Of a stretch of DNA of 64,000 bases, positions 41,056-53,989 are shown in pieces; the first letter of the stretch is position 1, and the number at the start of each line of letters is the position of its first letter. The DNA is taken from positions 117,056,001-117,120,000 of the forward strand of contig NC_042998.1 of assembly GCF_006345805.1 (NCBI RefSeq), in the 5' to 3' direction. Source of the DNA: Octopus sinensis. Taxonomy: Eukaryota. Position numbers and translations under genes: made by a program. The notes below the pieces were generated by a model, which made no database searches, had not been told where the DNA came from, and saw only the letters and a list, made by a program, of their open reading frames with translations.

Positions 41056-41200
41056 GACGTAGATGTCTTCAAAAAGGAACTAGACACTCTCAAATCCACA
41101 ATATCTAGTGAACCGATGACACGGCATGAGGCACAGGCGAAGGGCAGCGGTGACAAACTCCTCATACACTAAATGGGTCAACAGTGGGAATAAACGCACG
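41056..41200 (+). pseudogene. Short 3' fragment of CR1/L2-group LINE
   Basis: DVDVFKKELD...EPMTRHEAQ.RAAVTNS matches the C-terminus of 62970-63662. Confidence 0.65.
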
Positions 41201-41354
41201 TAAGGCGTGGTGATATCAAGACCCACCACCACGAAAAAATCATAGGTAAATGTTCAAAATCACGGTGTTACTTGAGCATGACCGCAGTAACACGCATCCC
41301 CACACATGTATGTATATATGTGTGTGTGGGTGTGTGTATATATATATATATATA

Positions 41355-41401
<47 letters not shown>

Positions 41402-42383
41402 TATATATATAATATATATATATATATATAGATAGATAGATATATATATAGAGAGAGAGAAAGAGAAAGAGAGAGAGGGGATGATACAGAGTGATACATA
41501 CATATGTAGAAACACTAGTATATACATATCATACACGCTTGTATAAACTGTTTTACACGTGCGCACAGAATATCACTCACACAGTCAATTATGATAGCAG
41601 GTTTATTCTGTATCTGGAAAAAGCTATCGTCAGCTTCTGAACAGTTTTAAAAGTTTTAGCTTTCGTATTTTGCCTTAAAAAAATATACTGTCTAGGTGGT
41701 GTCTGTGTTATAAGTATCATAAGAATATCTTGATTTCTTAATTTTTTCTTCTCAAAATATAGAATACTTATGTAGGTAAGAGAATATAATCATAGTATAA
41801 AGATTTCTGTGAAAATTGTCTACTCCTGCAGGTATTCAATGTCTTGTATTCACTTACTCAAATTTTCACGGATATGTGTACGATGAATATCTGAAAGTGC
41901 TACTAGAAAAAATAAATACGTAACATAAAGTGTACTAGCATACGATATTTTTTGTGCATTGCTCTTTATTCTTTCCTGGAAACATATGCTTTAGTAACAA
42001 AAATATTTTTCTACGGAAAGACATGATTTCACGATGATTTAATTAATACATCTACGTACTTAAGATTTATTTATCTACTAATATTTGGCAGCGTTACTGT
42101 ACTGGTATTAACATAATAAAGAAGAGGATTCGTCAGACATTATAATTCGATTAGCTTAACACTTATAATGATGAAATGTGTTATGAAAACTCTATATCTA
42201 TTTAATATTTTTACACAAGTGTGATCAGTGAAGTGAGACAACTTATGTCACAGTGACATGAGAGGGTTTTCGTATGTATACATGTACAAATATTTACATA
42301 GATATATGTACATATATATGCATGTATAAATATACGCGTCTGTATGTATGCGCGCGTCAGTGTGCATACATATATATATACAT

Positions 42384-42448
<65 letters not shown>

Positions 42449-42520
42449 TACATACATATATGCATATACATACATGCATATATCTATTTATCTATCTATC
42501 TATATATAGATATACATATA

Positions 42521-42850
42521 GGGTGATGACCACTACGGAAGGAATATTCTGAAGAAAATTTAGCAAACGCCAAAACGTAAGCAAGCAAGACAAATGAAAA
42601 GATACAAGACTATATACATGTTCAATCTCATGCGGACGTCTTGTGTATAGTTCTGCAAGTAATATTTTGCCATGACGATCACACTGACGAATTGCGGACA
42701 TCGACGTAAGTGATTACGTAAGTGGCAACAACGAAATTAGTTTGTGATTAATCTGTATATATTGTATCTTTTCATTTGTGTTGCTCGCTTACGTTTTGGC
42801 CTTTGCTAAATTTTCTTGTGAACATTTCCTTCCCTAGTGGTAAGACCATA
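42521..42850. mobile_element. MITE-like element with ~95-bp imperfect TIRs
   Basis: ccactacggaaggaatattctgaagaaaatttagcaaacgccaaaacgtaagc...gaaaagatacaa is mirrored at 42762-42840. Confidence 0.75.
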
Positions 42851-43012
42851 GGGGGTTGACTTCTAGCATAATGGACGTCCATTTAGTGGGCATCTCATTT
42901 TATATGTATGTAATATAATTTTTCTGAATCTTCAGATTTTTCTATATGCTAGACCACCGGTTTTAAATTGATATTAATCCTATTACTATATAATTTTTCA
43001 CCCTTAATATAT

Positions 43013-43083
<71 letters not shown>

Positions 43084-43389
43084 TAGCAGACAAGAAGTCT
43101 TTGATAGGGTAATAACTTGTACTGTTTATCGGGACCAACATTCAATGTGCTATATATATAATTTACTCCTCCTGTGCATTTTTAGAAGAGAAAATAAGTG
43201 TGTGGATCTGTGGACATCGATCTTGCTCTGACAATACTGTGTGAACCACCTTGACCAATAGTAGCCTTCTGGGGTTCCTGTGCTCCTCCATTTGGCAATC
43301 TGAGTTGAAACGAGCTATACTTCTGTATGAACCCTATGTGACTTTAAGTCGCACGCGGCCAGATTATAAATCTAATATTAATAATAGTA

Positions 43390-43590
43390 GTAAGGCAGCA
43401 CGCCGGGCTAAAAGCTTAGTGTCATTTCGCAAGTGTTTACGTATTGAGTTCAAATCCCAAAGTTCGACTTTGCCTTTCGTCCTTTCCGGGTCAATAAAGA
43501 CGTACCAACTAAACACTGAGGTCGATCTACAAGATTTACTCTTCTCTCGAAATTGGCAGACTGAGGCAAAAGTTTGAAACCGATATTAAA
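43390..43590 (+). mobile_element. Degenerate family A SINE
   Basis: gcacgccgggc..gcttag..gagttcaaatccc..cgactttgcctttcgtcctttccggg. Confidence 0.7.
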
Positions 43591-43899
43591 AGTAATTATA
43601 CGACAGGTGATAATAGTAACCATACATATATATTGGAATGTAACAAAAATGAAATAGAGGGGCATTATAAATAACGGGGCGGCTAAGAATGCGAGCTAAA
43701 GCAACAATGTCCCTACGATAGATGGTGGTAGGGAGATAACTGATCACATACCAAGCCCATTTGAATATTTAGCTGTAGTGAATATCAGTTTCAATAATAC
43801 GTATATCTTAGCGTATAGTTAAACTACTGACACTGGTGAGACAATTATTAACAATATATACTTAGGTACTTACACTTTCTGCCAGTAGAAGATGCGGGT

Positions 43900-44250
43900 T
43901 TGACCTTAAAAATCATCTTTCTACCTATCAGAACAAAATGTCATCCTAATGGACAATGCTTGAGCCAAAACACAAGACTTTGATCTACTAGATTTAAGCT
44001 GAGATTAAGTAACCACATTTCTTTTATCAAGGACGGAGATGAAATGTGTAGCGCAAACCTTAGTGAACGTATTTGGTCATTAAAAGTTAAAAGCACAAAA
44101 TTGGATACTAAATAAGAAATCGGGTGATTGAAATGTACTTTATGCTTGGAAGAAATCTTCTATATTTTCACCTGTAGATAAGTGTTATTGACTAATAGAC
44201 GTGCATTACACCCGACATATTTGCTTTCTTCCAGTGAAGTGTTTATATAT
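43900..44250 (+). pseudogene. Degenerate PLE GIY-YIG C-terminal relic (Naiad/Chlamys-like)
   Basis: KCHPNGQCLSQN, RLSNHISF, LSERIWSLK, KCTLCLEEIFYI. Confidence 0.5.
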
Positions 44251-44984
44251 TTCCAAAATAGGAATTTTAAATAAAATATTACTTACGCAAGTGTAACCTG
44301 ATGAATTACTTAGGCAAATTTTGTTGATTTACTAAATATTATCTTTTAATAATATACCCAAAATCTTCTCTTGCTATTTTTTTATCGTCTGTTCACAACT
44401 CTATTAATGGCTACCAATCTATTTATATTTAAACCTCTTTCTATATTTACTTTATATGGACTGTGGGTGAAGCAAATCTTGACCTATTCGGGGCTTCTCC
44501 AAATACTAAGTCTTATCTGTGTTTGAATATTTCCAATACAAAAATTACTTGAATAACTGTATGCGGAAGAATTACCTAGATATAATTTCAAATTACCCAC
44601 TGTTAGATTTTAGCAATATAAATGTAAATTCCACACAGCCCCTTTATAGAATTTTTATTATCTTCAATTGACTTACCACTTAATTATCTATTTGTTCAAA
44701 GATTTCTTTCTATATGTTATGCGGTCCGATATGGACTTTCCATGTCATATCGTATTTCACAAACTCTACTATCTTCTACATAAAATACACACATACCCAC
44801 CTAAATTAAACCCACGATAACACTGTCTAACACTGAACTCTTCAGTTAGCTTTCAAAAATTTGTAGAGGTAACAACTCAAATGAAGCTGATCGGATATGT
44901 ATTCCATGGACGAACAAATAATGTAATTCAATACACAGGATGCAACTGGATGCCACAAATTTAAATTCAAATCATAACAGAGTA

Positions 44985-45390
44985 TTTTTTTATTCTTTTA
45001 GTTACTTGACTGCGGCCATGTCGGAGTATCGGCTTAAAAGGTATTTTAGTCGGAGAAATCGACCTCACGGCATATTCTTTGTAAGCCTAGTACTTATGTC
45101 GGTCTCTTTTGATGAACCGCTAATTTACATAGACATATACACTCCACAATCGGTTGTCAAGCGATGGTGAAGAGACAAGCACAAAGACGCATTCACACTA
45201 ATATATGCATACATTCATAAATATATACATACATGCATACATACATATTGCCGTCTAACAGATCCACTCACATATCTTGGATGGCCTGAGGCTATAGTAG
45301 AAGACACTTGCCCAAGTTGCCACGCCGTGGCACTGATTCTGGAATCATGTGGTTGAGAAGAAGACTTGTTGTCACACAGCCACGTCTGTG
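44985..45390 (-). mobile_element. Family B SINE
   Basis: gaggctatagtagaagacacttgcccaag..gccacgc..accatgtggttg in reverse; tail gactgcggccatg. Confidence 0.75.
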
Positions 45391-45522
45391 CTTATCTATT
45401 GTATATAATACTGTAATAAAAATCTTTGTAGATGTATAAATCTCAGTGCTTACTTTTAATGTCACATGTATATATATATTACATATGATGATATATATAT
45501 ATATATATACATATATATGCAC

Positions 45523-45577
<55 letters not shown>

Positions 45578-47238
45578 GATAGATAGATGGATAGATATAC
45601 ATATATTAATCTAAAGCACATTCATATACTCTATAACCTTTATTGGGTAATCATTCGAGAAGTTAATTCTTTGTAGGAAACAGCGAGGCCTTTGTACATC
45701 GGAAGCATTTTAAATTCTCTTTGTTACCAAATCCTTAATTAAGAGATGTTCTAAAAGATTAATTACTTGTAAATATAAAATCTTCACAACTTTAGAAGAT
45801 TTTAGTTGCGTACTTCACAGTTCATATTGGCCTTTTATTATTTAATGCTTTCATCATTTTGAAACTTTCCTCTAAATCTAATATCGTCTTAAAATATATT
45901 TTAAACACTTTATTGCTGTTTCCCATACTTTGTACATGATGAATTTGATTATTAAACTTCTACTTCCCTTTAATTAATATCCTTTAGCATCATCCACTCT
46001 TTCTATCTATGAACATGATCGCTTATTATGCAAACATTTTGTTGCAATTTCGCATTTCTAGAAATCTGTAACCTCCTTTCTACTATTTCAAACTCTTTTA
46101 ATAAATTACTAATAAGACTTGTTTCCATAGAATTTCGCACTCAAAGCATTTCTATTCTATAATCTTCCTTAATTAACTAGTATTATATTTGCCACTTTAA
46201 CACAGGTTGACAAATTTTATCCGAATCAATTTAATATTCTTAAATTTTGATTTTACCTTTTAACTTACTGAATTTTAATATGCATATAATTGGTATATCA
46301 AGGAGTAACAAAGGTAGGGTTCTCACCTTGGGACAAATTTACATTCTCTATATATATTGACTTTACCAATGCTTTCTATATTGTATGAAGAGAGAAATCT
46401 ACCGGGTCTACTCACATACATGAGTGTGCAGAAAATGTTTTGGAGACAAAGCTGCATTTCCACGACGATATGACTGTCACTAGAGCAACGCTTGGATTCT
46501 TCCGAGCTTCCTAGGGCTTTGAATTCATTATTTCTAGAAGCCGTTTTAGCAAAGATATGGGGCGTGTACACGAGTGGATAGTATTTCCACACAAATTTAG
46601 TTGGTTGATTACTGAACAAATGAATTAGATCGAGCAGGAAATGGCGTGATCAGATATTTTTTCTTAGCTAATGAGTGAATTCCAGTTGCTGATTCCCAAC
46701 AAAATACACAGAAAATTATGTATAGTTTTTTATGTGCCTCAACAGCGTTTGTCCTAAGTGTAAATATGACTAAAACTGAATCTAGAGTTATACAACATAT
46801 TAACCACCCTAATCGAGAATCAGTTTTAAGTGTAAAGAACAAAGTCACACAGTATGTCATGACATTTTGTAATAATTGGACCCTAGAGAGGAATTGATCA
46901 ATCGGTGATTTCGGGCGGCTCAAACTTTAAAAAAATGATAAAACAGCCTACTCCTAGCGGAAGAACACTTTTGACTATTGTATTCTGCTGAAACCAACAC
47001 AATACATTGTTGATCACACAATCCGCTGTTGCACTGACACAGTGATCAGCTATGTTCCATAACGAACAATGCTTGTGATGAGATCACATATAAAAACCAA
47101 ATGCTCGTTTCTCAGCTGCATTGTTTTAGGTCACGTGATTCATGCTGACGCAGGAAGGAGCGTGAGTATTAGAAACGCTGTTGTGCTATGAAAGTGTCCA
47201 TCAATAATGCAGCGAAGTATGTGGCTTGATTTAAAATA

Positions 47239-48469
47239 CGAGGTCGGATGAAATGTTGATAGGCTGATCAACATACTCTCATGGAATGTGACTGACCAGA
47301 GGTGGCTTATTTTTTGCCATACTTCCGCTTGCAGTCCATACTCCTCTTCGGTGGGTGTTTCAGTACTTGGAATTCATTGGTGAAGAATTATCCTCTTGGT
47401 CAAAAAATGTCAACAACAGCAGCTATAATGTCAGCATTACTCCGTTACTGGTTCGCAGGTCAATGTTTGTTCATGTTGGAAAGAAGATCAGAGTCAGATG
47501 GGGCCAAATTAGGGAAAATAGGGAAGCAGATCAACCTCTACAAATATACAGTTACGCACAGCAGCCACGGAAACCAAGGACATTCCCGCTGGAGCGTTAT
47601 TCTTATAAAACAAATAATTTTCCACTAGTTTTCGTGGTTGTTTGGTCTTGTTAACCATTTGGAACTGCCTCAGCAAATTGTCACTGTACTCTCCAATCAT
47701 GTGTGGTCTCTTTGAAGAAATACATTACTATGACTAAATACAATACATTTTGCATCCCTCAAAAGTGAACCCTCGCCTTCTCTGCAGATAAACCACCTTG
47801 GACTTCTTTAGAAATGATGAGGTGGGATGATTCCATTACATGGATTGTCTCTGTCTCTAACTCAAAGTTATTAACCCAAACTTATTAACCTGTTCTTGGT
47901 TTGGAAACTGTCAATGAAACCAGATGGATAATAGATTTTCCTGCAATATAATTAGCGTGGTGCGACTGTGATCAGGTGTTAGAAGATGTTACAACCACTG
48001 ATCAGAAACTTTCATTATGCCAAGTTCATTGTGCAGAATATGTACAATTCTCTCGTGCGATACGATGATAGTACTGGTTATTTAATTTATGGTAAAACGC
48101 GAGTAATTGATCACGTGTGTTGAACACGATTAATTTTCCCCTCACTGGTGGCAGTTGCAGGACGTCTTCAACGTGGCTCATCTTCAAGACTCTCCCGTCA
48201 CCTAAATTCAGCCGCCCACTTTTGCACTGTTGATAAAGCTGGAGCGTTATCCTGTAATGTAAAAGTCTTGTCAACATGAATGTCTTTGGGGGCTAAACCT
48301 GTTATTCTACAGGTACTTGATAACACCATGATGCAATTATTTCTTCCATTTTCAAAAGAATTCCGTGTTAGTTACTTTGAAGTCTTCTTTGTACAATCAA
48401 ATGTCAGTTTAGCTGGAAAGAAACAACATAGTTAATAAGCGATGGAATAAACTTTGCAACCCACCCTCG
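47239..48469 (-). mobile_element. Degenerate full-length mariner transposon (~1.23 kb)
   Basis: TA|CGAGG...CCCTCG|TA ends; minus strand HGVIKYL, APKDIHVD, DNAPALSTVQKWAAEF, WL*HLLTPD. Confidence 0.8.
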
Positions 48470-48689
48470 TACATAACAGAAAACAGAATATGTTGGCAGA
48501 GTGCTATAAAGGAAGGAATAAATGTAGGTGAACCAATAGAGTCATATTAGATGACAGAAAAATAGAGATGAAAGTTAGATGGATATAGAATATCCTGAAT
48601 CTTCGAAGAATATTTTGCAACAGTTGCACTAGAAACTTTAGTTAATTGCATCGCGAAGGAACTAAGTATAGTTGATAATGTTATTTTAC

Positions 48690-48945
48690 TTAAAATGTTA
48701 AAGATTTTCCGGCACCCAAAACTTAGTCCGTGATGAATCACTGGCAACAATGAGAGACGCTCTTCCATACATATGGTGCATGTGTGCGTACATGTGAATG
48801 GTTGCTGCAAGTTAAGGTGCAAGGATTATGACATGTGTCGAGAACTACCTGTCTACTTTTCTTTTTAATTCTAGACCGAAATTCACGATGAGAATTCGTG
48901 TTATTTACTTGAAAACTCTTTTCCACGGTTTTCATCATTATAAAA
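48690..48945 (-). pseudogene. Possible PLE GIY-YIG C-terminal relic (Naiad-like)
   Basis: NSHREFRSR..., TCTICMEERLSLL motifs resemble 53990-54267. Confidence 0.35.
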
Positions 48946-49060
48946 GATTACGGAATTGAAAGAAAAAAAAAGAGAAAGAAAACGATAAACGGCCTTGCTC
49001 AGGAATCATTTAAATATAGCATTGTTTCATCTCTTTCAGCGACGAATGTGAAAGTCGAAA

Positions 49061-49205
49061 TACGTAAGACTAGAGTTACGTAGTTATAAAAATCATTATA
49101 ACGTCAAAAATATGTAAGACCCGCATAATATAATTGTTAAATCATTACAACGTCAGGATTGCGTAAGACTAGCATTACGTAATTATCAACTGATAGTAAC
49201 ATCAT
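49061..49205. repeat. Degenerate ~50-bp tandem repeat x3
   Basis: gtaagac...atcatta.aacgtca recurs near 49063, 49114 and 49163. Confidence 0.7.
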
Positions 49206-50339
49206 AGTGTTCGAAGTGAAACTCTTCCTATTATCCATTTTATACAGAGTAGATTATAAAAGTCTTAGGGCTATGTCTTGAAAGCTTGTTTCACAAATTG
49301 GGCTATTCAATTTTCAAGACAAGAAGAATGATTGAACATTTTATCAGTTTAGTAGACAATAGATCTTATTAACGGCAGGAGATCGACGGTAAATATTTTT
49401 ATACCTACTCATTGGTTAAATGATGTAGGAGACATACATATAATAAGAACTGGACACACAAAAACAAAGGGAAGGTTAGAGAGTCAGGGATAGTGAATTA
49501 CCAACCAGGCTTTTTATATATACCTATAAAAATTAAGGTATATATACATTTTAGACATAGTCACAAGTAAAACTGTAAAACTTTATAGACGATCTGCTGC
49601 CTTTTATTTTCCTGGTAGATATTTTACAGTCATTTTGATATTCCACGCGTGTAATGTTGATAAAATGTGTGATTACAAAGATTAATTAAACTGACTTAAT
49701 TACTGTTTTATAGTATATTTTACAAAGAATAAACCACTATACCTTGGAATTTCTTTGTACATTCCGAGATTTCGTAGTTATACTTTTGCAACAGTTCAAT
49801 AGCTGACACAGGAAGTAAGAATGGGAGTAAGAGGCACGTGACCTTCATTACAGCTGATATATTGTTATGGTATATGAATTTCTTTGTATTGGTGAATATT
49901 GAAGAAGAAAAGTAGGAAATACTAACAGAGTAAACTTTTGATCCTTCTTTTAGAATTTGCTTCCTTTTAGAGCGAAAAGAATTACTCTTAAAGAATTTAA
50001 GCATCTTAAATACAATCACAACTAAACAACCACATCGTATTTACAATGCTTAGTCCCTGTTATTAAGTGTAAAGATTTCTTTTCAATTAATTCTTCTATA
50101 AATATCAAAAATAGAGGAAACTAAGTAAAAATGCAACGGATATTAGCACGGAAAAGGAAAAGAAAGGAGGGGATAGGGTAAAGAGAACAGTAAATATGAT
50201 AATAGCTATATTTCAATAAATATGTCTAACATGTGTTTCCTGATATCATTCATATTGACAGAAACATAATACCAAATATATTTCGAAATATGACGCCTGA
50301 CACTGCTATTTACAAAACACATACACATTTAGGGTTTGA

Positions 50340-50512
50340 ATGCAGAATTGCCAAATTGCTATTAGTCGTGAAACGTAATTAAGTTATATTTATCATATTT
50401 TTCGATATATATAATTAATTTATAGTTACGCCCGAACTTTGCGAATATTCGGGGATCGTTGTTTCCTGAAAATCCCGAAGGTATTTATCGCGGCACTCCA
50501 AGAATCTCTCGC
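50340..50512 (-). mobile_element. hAT subterminal fragment (same family as 31080-31260); copied inverted at 52425-52590
   Basis: tgcagaa...tcgtg.aac...gaactttgcgaa...gtttcc.gaaaatcc.gaa...cgcggcactcca.gaatct aligns with 31080-31260. Confidence 0.7.
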
Positions 50513-50657
50513 TTGCTTGAGAGTGATCTAATACATCTACCTACAAATATATATATATATATATATATGTCTGTAAATATATATATGTATGCATATATAT
50601 ACATATATATGTATATATATATGTATCTACACAGACAAACACACGCACACATATATA

Positions 50658-52279
50658 CAGTAGCGGCCAAAATGTTCAGAACGGCATTGTTTTCGTCAGA
50701 AAAGTAGATGCAATTTTTTATCAAAGTTGTTTTATATTCTATAATTTTCACAGACAATAAAAACAATATTATTTGTTATTGTCTGAGATTTTGGTGTAAT
50801 TTGAGAGGATAATACAAAAGTTATGGATGATTTAGTGATTTACTGCAAAACCCATGGCGGCTAAAAAGATCAGAACGGTTGTTTTACTCCGTGTTTTAGT
50901 ATATTTAACCGGTGAACTCTAATGTTTTGAATTTGTTTACGTGACGGTTCGTTTACTAAACATTAGTAAGAATATTTGCTGTGTACTTTGTTAATATAAT
51001 GCCACTTACTCCGTCACCAATTCGTCAGCAGATTATTAAGCTTCGAAGGAAGGATAATTTAAGTATTGGATCTATTGCAAAGATTGTTAACAAGTCAAAA
51101 AGTGTTGTACACGGTATTCTTAAGGTGTACGATGATTGTAGTTCGTGTGAAACAAGAAAGTTTACAGGTAGGCCAAGAAAAACGACCAAGAGAGAAGATC
51201 GTGCTATTGTAAAGTTGGTTAAAAAGGACAGATTTAAAACTGCTGCTGCTGTTTATCGGAAAATGAACATTGTATTGAAGAAAACTTTATCTCGAAAAAC
51301 TGTGTCTCGTCGTTTAGTTGAACATGACCTACAAGCAAGAGCAGCTGCAGTGAAGCCACTGATCAGCTCCAAGAAGAAAAGTGTCGTTTTACCTTTGCAA
51401 CCGAACATGTGTTGTGGTCTCAAGAAAAATAGCAAACGGTGCATTTAAGTGATGAATCTATGTTTATGTTGTTTGGGTAAAGGTACGTTCGTAGAAAAGT
51501 AGGTGAAAAATTGTCGCCGAAATGCCTTAAGACTAGTGCTAGTGTTAAATTCGGTGGAGGAAGTGTCATGGTTTGGGGGATGATATCTGGAGATGGTGTG
51601 GGCCCTTTGGTGCGATTACATGGAAAGATAAATGCATGACTTTATAAACAACTTGTAAAAGATCATGTCTTGCCTGTGCTGAGAAATTCAACTAAGCGAC
51701 CACCCATATTCATGCAGGACAATGCCCTATGTCACAAGGCTAAGGTGGTTATGAACTTTCTCAAGGCTGAAAAGGTTATTGTTATGGATTGGCCTGCTCA
51801 AAGCCCAGATCTCAATCCTATTGAAAATGTATGGAATATTCTAGGAGAACGTTCGAAAGCCAGAAATCCTAAATCAACTAACGAATTATGGAATGCCCTT
51901 CAGGAAGAATGGAATAAGATTACCCAGCAAGAAATTGAAAATTAATTTCCTCATGCAGTCGAAGATGTCAGAGTGTGATTGAAGCTAAAGGGCTTCACAC
52001 TAAATATTAAATAATTCCAGTATTCTCTGTCATCTTTGATTATTTTGTTATTTTTTCAACCGTTCTGATCTTTTGGCCGCCATGGGTTTTGCAGTAAATC
52101 ACTAAATCATCCATAACTTTTGTATTGTCCTCTCAAATTACACCAAAATCTCAGGCAATAACAAATAATATTGTTGTTATTGTCTGTGAAAATTATAGAA
52201 TATAAAACAACTTTGATAAAAAATTACATCTACTTTTCTGACGAAAACAATGCCGTTCTGAACATTTTGGCCGCTACTG
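50658..52279 (+). mobile_element. Tc1-family DNA transposon (IR/DR type, 1622 bp)
   Basis: TA|CAGTAGCGGCCAAAATGTTCAGAACGG; ~224-bp TIRs (50658-50881, 52057-52279), each with an inner direct repeat gcggc.aaaa.g.tcagaacgg; TA at both ends. Confidence 0.95.
50999..52010 (+). pseudogene. Tc1 transposase DD34E, disrupted
   Basis: ATG at 50999, paired-like HTH, GRPRKTT, SDES, VMVWG, QDNA...(34 aa)...SPDLNPIENVW; frameshift near 51380 and stops at about 51478 and 51637. Confidence 0.93.
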
Positions 52280-53493
52280 TATATATGTGTGCGTGTGTTT
52301 GTCTGTGTAGATACATATATATATACATATATATGTATATATATGCATACATATATATATTTACAGACATATATATATATATTTGTAGGTAGATGTATTA
52401 GATCACTCTCAAGCAAGCGAGAGATTCTTGGAGTGCCGCGATAAATACCTTCGGGATTTTCAGGAAACAACGATCCCCGAATATTCGCAAAGTTCGGGCG
52501 TAACTATAAATTAATTATATATATCGAAAAATATGATAAATATAATTAATTACGTTTCACGACTAATAGCAATTTGGCAATTCTGCATTCAAACCCTAAA
52601 TGTGTATGTGTTTTGTAAATATATATATATATATATACATATATACAAATATATATATATGTGTATGTTTATGTGTGTAAAAAAGCATAAATGAAAAAAT
52701 TATCGTCGCTAAGTGAGACTGGGGGTTTCGTGGCGCCTATATTGCAAGAAATGTTACAAAATCTTAAGGAAGAGCATAAAACATGTACACTGACAGGTGA
52801 GTCAGGAACACCATGAATGAATCTAAACATAACTGGAGTACACTTATTTCGCTTATCAGTCGTAAGCTCATGATAGCCGACACCCTTCATGTCCGACAAA
52901 TCACATAGCATAGTATTTTGGCTTGGGAAACGATTGTGTTCTTCTATTGGGTGCTGTTGTCATTTTCATTGGATGTGATTTTGGAAACTCAATTTCACTT
53001 GTGATAATTCTACATTGTAAATGCATTGTATCTAATATATTCTACAACGTGGATCAGACTAGGCTGAGAAACGACCAAATAAGGGATGCACTAACCAATT
53101 TAGACACTTTTCCATGATCTTAAACGGATGTCATGTGGATCGTGCAATTTCATTTGAGCTTAATTGCTGATTCTTGGGCAGCTTGCACTGGACATTTCTT
53201 GGTTGCGTTCTGTTAAGAATCTCGATATTTGACATCTAAATCTACAGAAAAACATTTCCGAAAGAAACTGAACAAAGTCTCGCTGACAAGTCCGGATACT
53301 TGCAACTTCATTTCCATAGAGTGAACAAATATTTTGAGTGAGTCTAGTATGGTTCTAATCTAAAATCTCATTTTAAAAGAGAAAATATATACTGGATTTA
53401 TACCAAGATGGTATAGAGTAACCTATAAAGACAGATAATATCATTGCTGTCATGTAAAATTTCTGAGAGGAACCTCATTTGAAATTAGTGTGT

Positions 53494-53532
<39 letters not shown>

Positions 53533-53989
53533 TGTGCGGTCGCGGCGGACATGGGTATGATCATTTTATAAAAAAGATCTTCAATTAAATATCACAGATC
53601 ACAAATCTACTGTAGATTGCATACAAGTAATGCTGCATGACTATAGAGGAAATAGATTTAGTTTACCAATTAATATTTTCGTAAAACATTAGAAAAAGTA
53701 TGTATATATTGGACTTCGGAACCACTTCACATCGCCAGCCAGTGGTTGTCACACGGTCATGACAAGTCATTACTCAGAAACTCGGGACCGTGTGTATCAC
53801 GTAAGACTGGTGATGGGAAGGATGACTTCCGTTTGCAAATATTGATAGGGCACAGAAAGTGTGTCAATAGCCAGCTGGAGGAGATGTCTTCCTGGGCTAC
53901 AGGCTACAGTAGCATCAACCCTTAAGTGTTAGCCACATATAGGTGGCAAATATACTTCACGTTATGCATGTATATATATACATACATAT

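Larger units (their letters stand above)
50308..52621. repeat. Long inverted repeat: ~340-bp duplicated flank plus Tc1 TIR on each side
   Basis: 50308-50657 is the reverse complement of 52280-52621. Confidence 0.93.

Noticed and set aside
44289-44340. CTGATGA as a hammerhead core
   Set aside because: No stem II/GAAA/NUH arrangement downstream.
46323-46923. Two minus-strand ORFs ending near a GTGAG donor-like site
   Set aside because: No recognisable domain or convincing acceptor; probably a decayed repeat.
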